A stretch of 64,000 nt of DNA, counting the filler, from Stramenopiles sp. TOSAG23-3 (Eukaryota): NCBI GenBank assembly GCA_900128585.1. It is 41 parts of 41 records of this genome, joined end to end, with 100 filler letters (N's around TTAATTAATTAA, not from the genome) between each part and the next. Parts side by side here need not be neighbours in the genome. Positions count along the whole stretch, not along the records: positions 1 to 1,479 come from LT645798.1; positions 1,580 to 3,058 come from LT645799.1; positions 3,159 to 4,637 come from LT645800.1; positions 4,738 to 6,215 come from LT645801.1; positions 6,316 to 7,792 come from LT645802.1; positions 7,893 to 9,369 come from LT645803.1; positions 9,470 to 10,943 come from LT645804.1; positions 11,044 to 12,517 come from LT645805.1; 33 more parts are not named here. One strand, given 5' to 3'. Made by a program: the position numbers and the translations under genes. The notes beneath the pieces are model-generated. The model was given only the letters and a program-made list of their open reading frames with translations, made no database searches and was not told the DNA's origin. Below, piece by piece: positions 1 through 11,044 of the stretch; position 1 is the stretch's first letter; each line of letters opens with the position of its first letter.

Positions 1-666
1 AACTGGTTGTCGGGATGCAAGGGGTGACTCGAGTCAAGTGTCATATCCAACTATTTATACGTAAATATGTACGATCAAAAATGTATCAAATAAAAACAAA
101 AAATAGGACTGGTCTAAAACTGTCTGCTGAACCGGTAATTAGAATTGAAACCTTTTCCATCAATCATACACCTTATCGGATTAATAAAGACAAATATGTA
201 AATTTAATTTTTTTGTTGCCACGTGGTCGGTCGTATGAGTTGAGGAGATGGAAAAAAGAAGAGACGAGAAGAAGAGAGAAAGAAAAAATTGAGTTTTTAC
301 CTTACTGTACACCATGGAGACAAAAATAACTGGCCGTTCCGTGGTGGTACCGGTACAGGTATTTAATACTACCGGTACCGTACCTGGTATTGACATATAC
401 CGTGGTTCTACAAACAGTGGAAACTCCTCGTTTGCTCAAAGTTGGGCATCATCGCTTCTCTTCTATCTTCTTATTATTACAGAAGAGGAAATGAGAATAA
501 TAATTGTTAGACGGAGCAATAACAGCCACAGAAACTGCTTTTAAACAAATGCAAAAACTTAAAACAAAGTGGAGATTTTTCTCATAGCGCTTTCCACCAG
601 GTTGTTGTTTGTTTCACAAAGTTTTGAAAAGAAAGAAAAACTCACCAGAGAAACCACCGTACAAGT

Positions 667-1479
667 ATGGGAATTTGCGCGAGCTCAGGAGAAACTCTTC
701 ACGACACTGGCGCGTTTAGTGCCGACGTGAGTGGCACCAGCGGGAGCGGCGATGCGGCAGCAGCTATGATAGGCGTAAACTCTTTGTCGTCAAACATCGA
801 TTTGCACATTTCATGTGATAATCTCAAAAACCATGACGTTGGTTCGAAAAGTGACCCGTTTGCAGTCGTTTTTATTCAGCACCTTCAAAAGAATGGTCAA
901 TATGCTTGGGAGGAACTCGGGCGAACGGAGATTGTTATGAACCAATTGACGGACGTTGAATTTGTTACTCCCATAAAAGCAGTTTACCGCTTTGAAGAAT
1001 CCCAAAAAATCCAAGTCAAATTTTACGACTGCGACGTTGGAGCAAAAAACACAAGGTCATCTCACATCAATGTGAACGACAGAGGCCACGTCGATGTCCT
1101 GGGAGAGTCTCCCGTAATCGAGCTCGCGGAGGTCGTAAACGGCTACCCAGTTGCGGGGCAGTGGAGTGGGAACTTGGGTCGTGGCCGGGGATCTGTCACC
1201 ATAAAATCGGAAGAGATGGCCGACCAGAACCAGGTTATTACCATGAAATGGCGAGGGGCAAAGCTGAGCAACAAAGATGGCGTATTTGGAAAGAGCGATC
1301 CTTTTCTGAAACTTGCAAGGTGCCAAGAAATTGGCGACCCGCTGCCTTGTTACAAGACCGAGGTCATCATGAACGATTTGAACCCGAGGTGGGCCCCTAT
1401 AAAGATATCCACGTCCGCATTGTCGAACGGCGACCCGTTCCGACAAATTGATTTTACTGTGTACGATTACGATACGGAC
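667..1479 (+). CDS. Copine (tandem C2A/C2B domains), 3'-truncated at contig end
   Basis: Copine-type C2 motifs SCDNLKNHDVGSKSDPF, ELGRTE, YRFEESQK, KLSNKDGVFGKSDPFL and YKTEVIMNDLNPRW. N-terminus MGICAS resembles a myristoylation/palmitoylation signal. Confidence 0.9.
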
Positions 1480-1579
1480 NNNNNNNNNNNNNNNNNNNNN
1501 NNNNNNNNNNNNNNNNNNNNNNNTTAATTAATTAANNNNNNNNNNNNNNNNNNNNNNNNNNNNNNNNNNNNNNNNNNNN
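1480..1579. other. Artificial contig spacer N44-TTAATTAATTAA-N44 (first of 40 identical spacers, last at 62479-62578)
   Basis: Identical 100-nt spacer every ~1.55-1.58 kb. The 12-mer gives stops in all six frames. Intervening segment lengths fall monotonically from 1479 to 1451 nt. Confidence 0.98.
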
Positions 1580-1580
1580 A

Positions 1581-3058
1581 GAGATCATTGCAGATATCTT
1601 ACACTTGTACGCCGGCGCAGAGCTACAGTACTTCATTATCTTTTTTGAATCCGATTTGGACTCGAGCAGAGATGAAAACGCAGGAGCCATAGTAGTGACG
1701 TGGCTATCCGTACTTTATGGGATTTGTTCCTTGGTTCATTTTTTGTACACTGCATTTGGATCATTCGTCGAAATAGCTCGTGGTAATCCATATAATGGTG
1801 GTCCGCGACTGATACGATGGCTGAACCGTTGGAAAAAATTATTGACTTTTGCAGCGATTATGACATTACTTTTTTGGGCAATTGCTGAATCCATGAGTGG
1901 GAACGCTCTTAAATGTTTAGATCGCATTACAAAAACTGATACAAATTTACAAAATACAAATTTTACAAAGGGTATGCAGTGTCCATGCTCTTGTGTCAAA
2001 CGACCATGCTTTAGTTCAACGTGTAAGAAAGATAAATTGAGACGAATCGAGTGCTCGCTGACAAATGAAAATGGGAAGCTTAAAGATTGCGGTGAGGTTT
2101 TTACCGCGCCAACTATAACGGATCGTGTCATAGAGAATTTTGAATATGTTAATGGAGGCTTTTATGTTGATAAAAATTATTACAAAGGCAAAGATATAAA
2201 AGAACCCTATTTTGGCCCACCTTTGAGTCATATTGATGAATTCGGTTTCAATAAATTTATCGGCGACGATTTCCTTTCGGTCTTCACAGAAGATAGGGCA
2301 GAACCCAAATCTCGGGCAGAATTTCATGCCGGAAATCCCATATCTCGGCTGTACAACCGATCTGTACAGCATATGACATGCGCATTTTGTAATGACATGT
2401 GGCTTCAGAACGCCAATGACCCAGTTTTGACGGGTGATGCTTCGGCTATTGACGGGTTTCAAAGGGGAAACAAATGTTTGTGCAATGAAACAACATTAAA
2501 AATTGAAAAGCGAAAGGTTCAATTGGAAGCAATTATCAATAGTGCTATTGACAGAGTGAATACTTGTTCTGAGAAGAATATAGCTGGTTGTACAAATATT
2601 ACAATTCACGGGAAAGAACATAAGGTTGGTCTAAACAAGAGGATCACATACAACCCAAAAAGAGACACATTTACAAGGATATCCAAAATGACAATATATA
2701 ATTTAGAGATAGAGTTGACGCGTGAAATTAAAACCTGCTCTTCACAATACTTCCACGGGTTTACCAATGCTCTCGGATGTGGCCGAATCTTAAATCAACG
2801 AGGACGTATTACAGTGTTAAATGTTTATACCATCCTGATTGGCTACTGTGTCACGTATGCTTTAATCTGGTCCTGCATTTCAAGCATCTGTTTGCGTCGA
2901 TGTGTTTGCCACAAAGAAAAGTGTCGATATATGTGCTGCTGCAAAAAGTGTGACCGAGACGAAGATCCGTGTTGCAAGTGCCAGTGCGGAGACCATCCAG
3001 ATGACGATGTGCCGGCGGCTGAAAAAAAAGTAAACCCCGTTCAAAATGCAAAAATCCA
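1581..3058 (+). CDS. Hypothetical multi-pass membrane protein with large Cys-rich loop and Cys-rich tail (partial at both ends)
   Basis: Frame is open across the whole contig. Hydrophobic segments near both ends, many Cys and N-x-S/T sequons between them, and a CC/CxC-rich C-terminal tail. Confidence 0.65.
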
Positions 3059-3314
3059 NNNNNNNNNNNNNNNNNNNNNNNNNNNNNNNNNNNNNNNNNN
3101 NNTTAATTAATTAANNNNNNNNNNNNNNNNNNNNNNNNNNNNNNNNNNNNNNNNNNNNAAAAAAAAAAAAAGAAAAAAAAAAAAAGAAGAAGAAAAAAAA
3201 AAGAAAAAAAGAAGAAGATAATAATAATATAGAAGAAGAAGAATCAAGAATCAACAACAAGAATCTAACTAAATTCAACAAACAAACAAAAACATTTTTT
3301 TTAAAGTAGAATCA

Positions 3315-3926
3315 ATGAAACAACAGAAACAACAGAAACCAAATGCAGGGATACTTGACCAAGACGTTCAGCTGTATTCGACAGGACAGGTGAATGGTAA
3401 AAGTGGGTCTGAAGGTAAGGGTGAAGGCGCGGGTACCAACCCTTACGAGTATAACATTGGGTACCATTACGGGAAAGCACGGAGCGACCGGGCCGCGAGC
3501 CGAAGCTATAGCGTATCTTCGGACACGAGCACAGAGGGCACGAGGAGTGTGAAAGAGACGGCACGGAGCCAGTCTTTGAGCTTGGCACTAAGCGACGAGT
3601 TGTTGTCCGAGCTGTCGTACAATGCCCGCACGGTAGGGAAAAATTTAGAGCAAATGTCGGAAAGTTTGAAGGATTTCTTGCAGAACGCGACCGAGAAGAG
3701 TGCACAAAACTTTGTAGCCGTGAACGAGGAGATCAAGGGTTTTTCTACAATTGCCAAGGCCGCAATCGACGGAAACAAGCGGCTGGTAAAGAAGCACGTG
3801 GTGTTTAGGGAGAAGCTGATCGCGGCCAGGACGTTGTCAGGGCAGATTCAAAGCCTCAAAAGCTTGCTGACGGCAATAGAGGACTCCATCGTTAGTACCG
3901 CAGACGCACCCCCCGCAAAGACGTGA
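3315..3926 (+). CDS. BORC subunit 6 (lyspersin)-like coiled-coil protein
   Basis: 203-aa ATG ORF. The C-terminal ~95 aa (ELSYNARTVGKNLEQM...LSGQIQSLKSLLTAIE) resemble the BORCS6 C-terminal domain; recognised by pattern only. Confidence 0.55.
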   Translation: MKQQKQQKPNAGILDQDVQLYSTGQVNGKSGSEGKGEGAGTNPYEYNIGYHYGKARSDRAASRSYSVSSDTSTEGTRSVKETARSQSLSLALSDELLSELSYNARTVGKNLEQMSESLKDFLQNATEKSAQNFVAVNEEIKGFSTIAKAAIDGNKRLVKKHVVFREKLIAARTLSGQIQSLKSLLTAIEDSIVSTADAPPAKT

Positions 3927-4118
3927 GGTGGGTCGTCCAGGAAAATTTTGAAGAAAAAATAATATATTGTTTATTATGCGTGAGCCAGGTAAATTCATTT
4001 TCTCTGTGTGTAACGTAAGCATTTGCGCGACTGAACAGTAATATTATACATGCGTGCTGTTTTTTAGACAAGAATTACATAGTACATAGTGTGACTTCAT
4101 AAACGTTCCCACCAAAGT

Positions 4119-4637
4119 TTACTGAACGAGGCACGAGCTTCCCCAGGAGCCGCCGTCCTGCTCCTCTTCCCCCTCCTCCTCCTTCTTTTTGCCCACGGCG
4201 GCGGCGGGCGGGGTCGGTTCAGCGAGCACTGCGCCGCGCCCGAACACCTCTAGCTTTGGCAATAGCGTCATGTCTCCTGCCTCTACCTCCCCGCGTCTAA
4301 TTTTTGCTTCGTGCAACGCGCGCATGTGCTTGAGCACGCCTGGGTGAAATTCCCTCAACGGCTTCCTCAGCGCCCTTAGCCGTTGGATTTCCATCGACGC
4401 CAAATGGTCCAGCCCGGCGCGCATGTGAAACACGGCGGAGGGGTCGATCGCTCCGATCTGCCGCCCTTCACTGTTGCTCATCACGGTGATGCCCCTTTCT
4501 TCTCTATTGATGCCTTCCGCACTCGCCGCAGGGGCGGCTCCGCCCACCCCCTCCCCGCGCCCCTCTTGGGCGCTCGCGCTCGGTTTGCCATCGGCGTTGC
4601 CGCCGCCGCCCTCCCCGCCATCGTCGCTCTCGTCCTC
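4119..4637 (-). CDS. C-terminal part of a hypothetical protein ending in a CaaX box (CLVQ)
   Basis: GC-rich frame open from the contig edge to TAA, ending GSSCLVQ*. Convergent with the 3315-3926 gene. Confidence 0.6.
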   Translation of the reverse strand, partial: EDESDDGGEGGGGNADGKPSASAQEGRGEGVGGAAPAASAEGINREERGITVMSNSEGRQIGAIDPSAVFHMRAGLDHLASMEIQRLRALRKPLREFHPGVLKHMRALHEAKIRRGEVEAGDMTLLPKLEVFGRGAVLAEPTPPAAAVGKKKEEEGEEEQDGGSWGSSCLVQ

Positions 4638-4737
4638 NNNNNNNNNNNNNNNNNNNNNNNNNNNNNNNNNNNNNNNNNNNNTTAATTAATTAANNNNNNN
4701 NNNNNNNNNNNNNNNNNNNNNNNNNNNNNNNNNNNNN

Positions 4738-4805
<68 letters not shown>

Positions 4806-4890
4806 TCGTCTCTTTCGACTCTTTCTTTCTTTCTTTCGACTCTTTTGACTCTTTCTTTCTTTCGTCTCTTTTTCGACTCTTTCTTTCTTC
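4738..4890. repeat. (TTTC)n microsatellite, degenerating
   Basis: Direct reading at contig start. Confidence 0.9.
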
Positions 4891-5126
4891 TGTCCTCCTC
4901 TTCTTTATCTTCTTTTTTTTTTATTTTTTTTATTTTTTTATTACACCACCACTGACATGATGATTGAAATTGTCGTCGTGTTGGATATTAATATTTTTAT
5001 GTACTGTATATTTTGTTTTATAAATAAGACGAAAATGACTTACGACTTACAATAAACATTTTACATAAAGAAACGTACACAGCAAACAGCTAAAACATTC
5101 GTGTATGAAAAAGGTTTAGGTAGAGC

Positions 5127-5963
5127 ATGGCCTCTAGTAAGAAAGATAGCCACCCGGTGGAAGGAGAGCCTCCTGTAGCGAAAGTAGAGAAGGAAGGCGA
5201 TGCGAAAATAGAAACGGGGAATGTCCCTGACGGCCTTGCGTTTAGTGTAAATGTTGTAAATGTTGAGGAAATAACCAATATTAGTACTCTCGAAATTGCC
5301 CCGGCGGAGGATGAAAACGAAGAAGAAAAGCTTCCTGTGAGGGAGGAGACGCCCCACAAACGAGCCATTCGATCCGAGGAAGACTTTATTTCTTTGTCGT
5401 CCGTCAGTGATAGACTTTTCTCCCCACCGAAGGACAACATAGACTACCCAAATGAAAACGACAACGAGTTTCCAGATCAAAATCCCGCGTTTGCCTGGCG
5501 TGTGGCAGGCGAAATGGACAAGGTGTACGAAAAAAAATATACCCGGGCCATCGCAGATATAAAGTACTTAAAACTAGACCAGGAGCAGAAGATTTTGGAC
5601 ATTAGAGATCAGCACAAGGCAGAACTGGATGAAATGAAGGAAAAGATGAAGGCGATGGAAGAGGCATACAGAGTGCAGCTGGATGAGCGGAATTCAGAAC
5701 TCGTGGAGTTAGAAGACCGGCTGTCAACATATTTTCAGGCCAACAAACCATTAAAAAGATTGGCAGAATGTGAATCGGCGCTCGAAAAGGCCCAAGAAGA
5801 AATCGAAGTCTTGAGGACTCAAAAAGAAGTTGCTGATGAAATGAAAGCGTATTTGAATAGAAAATGGGAAGAATCCCAAACATTAGTTGATGGTGTGCAA
5901 AAACTGCTGGTCACACCAAAACGATTGGGAATAAAAAAGAAGAGACGGGGTGTTCATAAATGA
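5127..5963 (+). CDS. Hypothetical protein: acidic N-terminus, coiled-coil C-terminus, basic NLS-like tail
   Basis: 278-aa ATG ORF flanked by AT-rich DNA, with a heptad E/K/L-rich region and KKKRRG at the end. Confidence 0.75.
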   Translation: MASSKKDSHPVEGEPPVAKVEKEGDAKIETGNVPDGLAFSVNVVNVEEITNISTLEIAPAEDENEEEKLPVREETPHKRAIRSEEDFISLSSVSDRLFSPPKDNIDYPNENDNEFPDQNPAFAWRVAGEMDKVYEKKYTRAIADIKYLKLDQEQKILDIRDQHKAELDEMKEKMKAMEEAYRVQLDERNSELVELEDRLSTYFQANKPLKRLAECESALEKAQEEIEVLRTQKEVADEMKAYLNRKWEESQTLVDGVQKLLVTPKRLGIKKKRRGVHK

Positions 5964-6140
5964 ATTGACCACGGGCCGAGTGTAAGTGCTGATTGAATGG
6001 CATAATTTCAACGAGGAGATATATCGATAGATGAACTGAATGATAAGATAAATGCCTGCATTTGATACATTTTTTCAAAATAATGGACTGCGCAAGACAG
6101 CAAGAAATTCCCGGATACCAAAAAGAGACTAAATAAAAAA

Positions 6141-6213
6141 ACAAGAAAAATTGGCTGTTATTTTATAGTAATTAAAATTAAAGAAAAAAAGAAGGTGTCA
6201 GTTCAAGAACAAT
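6141..6213 (+). promoter_or_regulatory. Conserved intergenic element ACAAGAAAAATTGGCTGTTATT...GAAGGTGTCAGTTCAA (representative copy)
   Basis: Core TGGCTGTTATT at 6152(+), 12444(+), 50980(+), 518(-), 8160(-), 31635(-), 42779(-). Variants TGGCGGTT at 42937(+) and 24944(+). Function is inferred only. Confidence 0.55.
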
Positions 6214-6315
6214 GTNNNNNNNNNNNNNNNNNNNNNNNNNNNNNNNNNNNNNNNNNNNNTTAATTAATTAANNNNNNNNNNNNNNNNNNNNNNNNNNNNN
6301 NNNNNNNNNNNNNNN

Positions 6316-7792
6316 GAAGAAGACGATGGCCTTGATTCGAACGATCAAACCCCAAGAATTGTAGAAAACAAAGTAAAATCGCCTGCGCTTAATGGAAGAC
6401 AAATCGAAGGCGCCAGGAAGCTGGTACCAATGCCTTACATAATGAACCCAACAGTGACCCTCCGGCATTATCAACGGGAAGGGCTCCACTGGTTAGCCTC
6501 GATGTGCTCCCGTCGACTGAATGGTATCTTGGCAGATGAAATGGGGTTGGGGAAAACCATTCAAACCATTTCTTTACTCGCACATTTAGCATCGGAGCAT
6601 GGCATATGGGGACCCCACCTAGTAATTGTTCCCACCAGTGTGCTGCTGAACTGGGAGATTGAGTTTAAGAAATTTGCACCAGCGTTTAAAGTAATGTCAT
6701 ATTATGGTTCGGTAAAGCAACGCAAGGAAAAACGCGTTGGGTGGACCAAACCGAACGCATTCCACGTGTGCGTCACGTCTTATCAGCTGGCTGTAATTGA
6801 CTCGGCGGTATTTAAAAGGAAGAAATGGTATTACTTGATTTTAGACGAGGCGCACTACATCAAAAATTTCAAGTCGCAGCGTTGGCAAGCGCTGTTAACC
6901 CTTAACACGCAGCGACGCCTGCTTCTGTCGGGCACGCCTCTTCAGAACAATCTGATGGAGTTGTGGTCCCTTCTGCACTTTCTAATGCCCCACATATTCC
7001 AATCACAAAGTGAATTTCAGTACTGGTTCAATAATCCAATGACAGGAATGGTCCAAGGTAGCCAAGGAGTAAGCAGCACACTGGTGGGTAGACTACACGG
7101 AGTGATACGACCATTCTTGCTGCGCAGGTTAAAAATTGATGTTGAATCTCAACTTCCCAAGAAATATGAGCACATTCTGAAGGTACCACTTGCAAGACGG
7201 CAGCAGTTTCTCTACGAAGACTTTATGTCTCGCTCTAGCACTAGGGCAAAACTGAGTTCAGGTGGGTACATGGGGCAGATGGGAGTTTTGATGGCTTTGC
7301 GAAAGGTCTGTAACCACCCCGATCTGTTCGAACCTCGGGCGATTGTCTCCCCAATGGCTTTGAAAGCTTTAAAAATTAGGGTGCCGTACATCTGCCAAGT
7401 TTCCGGGCAGGTGGATGTGTGGAGGACAACTTCATTTTCAATGTTTTGTTTACCGTCTCAACCCGCGGACCATGATCAGTGGTTTGTAAACCGCATCAGG
7501 GAATTGGCTGTCGAAGGATCGGTCATCGAGAAGGATGCTGCGGGCCAATCGTCGCTCAGGGCTGCTCCCTTTTCCATAGCCCAAAGCCACAGCGATGAAG
7601 GAGCGAAATGGTTGGTCGAATATGCGCGAATGTCGCGTGGCGAAGAGATGCAACGAAGGGCCGAACGAGCTAAGACTCTGTCAGGTGTGAACACGTCCCG
7701 TTGCCGTGGTGTGCACGCGCGATTTACCCTGTACAACAAACAACTCGTCAAGGCTGTTCGTGTCAAGAGTGTAACGGAGCGCACGACCGAAG
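6316..7792 (+). CDS. SWR1: SWR1/SRCAP/PIE1-type SNF2 chromatin-remodelling ATPase (internal fragment)
   Basis: LNGILADEMGLGKTIQTI, WGPHLVIVPTSVLLNWEIEFKK, LILDEAHYIKNFKSQRWQ, TPLQNNLMELWSLLHFLMPHIF and LRKVCNHPDLFEPR followed by the insertion region. Confidence 0.93.
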
Positions 7793-9865
7793 NNNNNNNN
7801 NNNNNNNNNNNNNNNNNNNNNNNNNNNNNNNNNNNNTTAATTAATTAANNNNNNNNNNNNNNNNNNNNNNNNNNNNNNNNNNNNNNNNNNNNAAAAAAAA
7901 AAAATATTATCACCTGGTAATAATTCTTCTCATTGGAATAGGAATAATTCCTCTGTGATGACTAACAATCATCCACCACGACGAAACGAAACTAAAAATC
8001 AAATTAAAAAATTGAGATAGGATTAGGGTTGGTTTTGAAGTAGTATTTGATTTAAAATGAGAGTCTTTTAAAACATACTATATAATTTGTTTTTTAATCT
8101 TAGTGGAGATCATTTCGCAGTACATGAAGGAACGTAAACCTCGAATGGACAAATAAAATAATAACAGCCAATTTTTCTTGTATTTAAGTTGAATGTTGAG
8201 TAGATTCATTTTCGCGGTATCGCTACTATGAGGACGCTAAATTTTAATTACTTCGAAACAAAAGAAGAGAAAGGAAGGAAGTCCTTTGGAGAGGTATTGA
8301 AACCCTTATATTTAACACTATCATTCCGAAGAGTTGATTTTCCTCTTTGGAACGTTATATACTAGTAATATCTTATATATAGGTAATCAAGATTAATAAT
8401 AAAGAATTTATCATTTTGTTGGTTTATTATTTCCTTTACTCAGTGTAGTACAATATAAACAAAACTAAAATTAAGGTAAATTAATATATAATAAAGAATT
8501 AATCTATTTATCATTCATTCATTCATTCATTCACTTCTTCTACTCAATTGTATATTTTAAAGTACGTATTAATTATAAAATGTTCTTACTCTACTTAAAT
8601 TAAAAATTGGTTGATAGAATTAAAAAAATGTTGAAGTGCGTGTGTGTTGTGATGTGATTTTTTATTGTATTCTCATAATAAAAAAAAATAAGTTAGTCCT
8701 CCTCTTCTTTAATTTGTTTTAGTTTTAAAGTTAATACTGTGTATATATTAATAAATAAATGATCTTTTTTCTTCTTTCTTCTTCGTTCTTCGATCCAGAG
8801 ATTTAGAATTTATATTTGTCCATTACTGTACTTATAATACTTACTTAGACTATATGTTTAATTAGGTTCACGATCAAAATAAAAAAGAAAGAAGTTGTGG
8901 ATGGTATTGTTATGTTATGTTCAATTTCTTTGTATTATAAATATTGTTTCTTGACGTATCAATGCTGTGATCCTTTTTGTGTTATAAATGAAGAAGGATA
9001 TGGTTTCAGCACAAAATGGACAAATCCAATATTTTAGGTTTCTATACTATTTCTATATATTTAAAAGAATAAATTCATATTCTTCTTACTATTTCCATAT
9101 TAATTAATAAATTGGAAACAGGATTATCTTTTTTCTTTTTTTTTTAATTACATAGGAATACCATAATAAAAATAAACAAAAACGAAGCCCGATCATCCCC
9201 CCATTTTAACATCACCACAAGACAGAAGAAGAAGAAAATATTAAAAAAGTAAGTGCTTCCTTTACGAATCATCTTACACACCTTCCAGAGTAAGAGTAGA
9301 GTTTTCATTTGTAAAAGTTTCTATCGGAGGTTAGTAAGCAATTCAAAAACATCAGAGACACAAATAGAGNNNNNNNNNNNNNNNNNNNNNNNNNNNNNNN
9401 NNNNNNNNNNNNNTTAATTAATTAANNNNNNNNNNNNNNNNNNNNNNNNNNNNNNNNNNNNNNNNNNNNAAATTTCTACAAAAGAAAACAAAACGAAACG
9501 AAAATTTGATGGATACTTTTTTGTTTTTATTATTTTAACATTTAAGTTTTTTGGTGGTGGAGAAGAGAAATGCAAAACATAAAAAATAAAAAATGAAATG
9601 CCCAACTTTGAGATTATTATAATAGATAGGTGTATGGATATATTTATACTAAAATATTGTATACTAATTTGTAAGATTAGTTTTTTGGAGAGATTAAGCA
9701 AAACATAAATAATTATTTTTTACATAATCACAGTATACATTTTATTGAAAATATTCAATTATTCATTCTATATGTATTACCTATTAGAATGGACAAATTG
9801 TATACTTGTATTATGTATATAAAAATAGGTGGTCGCCGCTCCACCAGAAGAAAAGGCACGCATTG

Positions 9866-10579
9866 CTACATCGCGTAGGCCGCCATCAGCCTGGCCTTTT
9901 TGGCCTCCAGCAATAACGTGGCGACCTCGTCCTGGGTGGGCACGTCCAAGCCTGCGCGCCCGCAGAGGACGTCCTCTACGCCCTGGTCTATCGCGATTTC
10001 CCCGGCCTTGTTGTGTTTCTCTACGACAAGCTGGCTCACCCGCTTCGTTTCCGCGACGCGCTCGGCTTGGAGGAGAAGCTCCCCGTCTGGCCCGGTCTCC
10101 GCCTCTTCGCCAAGGTAGTAGCCATCGACCCGCTTTTGAAGCTCTGCCCTCGACCGTTTTTTGGACTTGCTCGGGGCGACGGTGTCTTTCTCTGCTGCCT
10201 TTGCTTCCGGCAGATTCTTGGCCACCCCAAAGTACTGCGTTTTCCCACCACCCCGCCGGTTCTGGGCGTTGCTCGCCCGCACGTAGTCTGGCCCGCCAAG
10301 CTCCTTGATCCTCCGTTCCCACTGGTACTTTTTCCGCATAAGCTTGTTCAAGGCCTCGTTCATTTCCCTCGCCTTTTCAAGGTCTAACTCTGGGTTACTA
10401 ATATTTGCAATTCCAATCGACACCTCCTTGATGACCTCCGTCCTCCACTTCTCCGCAGCCTGCAAATTGTCGCAACGCCTAGTATCATTCGGCCTTCGCT
10501 TCGCGCTTTCCCCAGACCCGGCCTTCACCGCTGCCCACTGATGCAGCATGGACCTTGCCTTTTCATGATTGCGTGCCAT
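9866..10579 (-). CDS. ISY1: Pre-mRNA splicing factor ISY1
   Basis: Starts MARNHEKARSMLHQW. Contains AEKWRTEVIKE, LNKLMRKKYQWERRIKELGGPDY, YFGVAKNLP and KKARLMAAY. Confidence 0.92.
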   Translation of the reverse strand: MARNHEKARSMLHQWAAVKAGSGESAKRRPNDTRRCDNLQAAEKWRTEVIKEVSIGIANISNPELDLEKAREMNEALNKLMRKKYQWERRIKELGGPDYVRASNAQNRRGGGKTQYFGVAKNLPEAKAAEKDTVAPSKSKKRSRAELQKRVDGYYLGEEAETGPDGELLLQAERVAETKRVSQLVVEKHNKAGEIAIDQGVEDVLCGRAGLDVPTQDEVATLLLEAKKARLMAAYAM

Positions 10580-10777
10580 GTTCTTATAATATATAATATA
10601 TATACACGCACACAAACCAAACGAAACAGGAGAAACAACGAAAAGAAGAAAATGGAAATCAGGAAATTTAACAATCATTACATACGTAGAACAATTCTTT
10701 GACCATGCATAAACACATTTACTAAAAAACAATTTTATAATACATTATCTTCTCTTCTAAAAAATGGATGATGGTGG

Positions 10778-10943
10778 GCTCTTCTTCTTCTTTCTTCTTC
10801 TTCTTTCTTTCTTCTTTCTTTCTTCTTCTTTCTTCTTTCTTCTTTCTTTCTTCTTCTTCTATCTTCTCTTCTTCTTTCTTCTTTCTTTCTTCTTCTTCTT
10901 CTTTCTTCTTTCTTTCTTCTTCTTTCTTCTTCTTTCTTCTTTC
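10778..10943. repeat. (TTC/TTTC)n pyrimidine-rich simple repeat
   Basis: Direct reading at contig end. Confidence 0.9.
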
Positions 10944-11044
10944 NNNNNNNNNNNNNNNNNNNNNNNNNNNNNNNNNNNNNNNNNNNNTTAATTAATTAAN
11001 NNNNNNNNNNNNNNNNNNNNNNNNNNNNNNNNNNNNNNNNNNNA

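Noticed and set aside
1524-1535. Regularly spaced TTAATTAATTAA palindromes resembling a repeat array or CRISPR
   Set aside because: Always centred in N44 padding between length-sorted contigs, so it is an artificial linker. ORF tails ending in X...LIN are artefacts.
7893-9369. rRNA/tRNA/ncRNA or organellar DNA in AT-rich gene-free contigs (also 36117-37200, 37679-39139)
   Set aside because: No recognisable tRNA cloverleaf, rRNA or snRNA motifs by eye, and no long ORFs. Treated as intergenic; an Infernal search would be needed to exclude RNA genes.
9777-10387. Multiple long overlapping or antisense ORFs over ISY1 (similarly over 19009-20369, 49209-49943, 53203-53987, 61436-62182)
   Set aside because: Shadow ORFs of GC-rich coding sequence with no independent motifs.
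10764-10995. Poly-Phe/Ser or poly-Glu/Lys ORFs (also 15005-15260, 31116-31376, 45064-45423, 46263-46664)
   Set aside because: Translations of TTC/GAA microsatellites.
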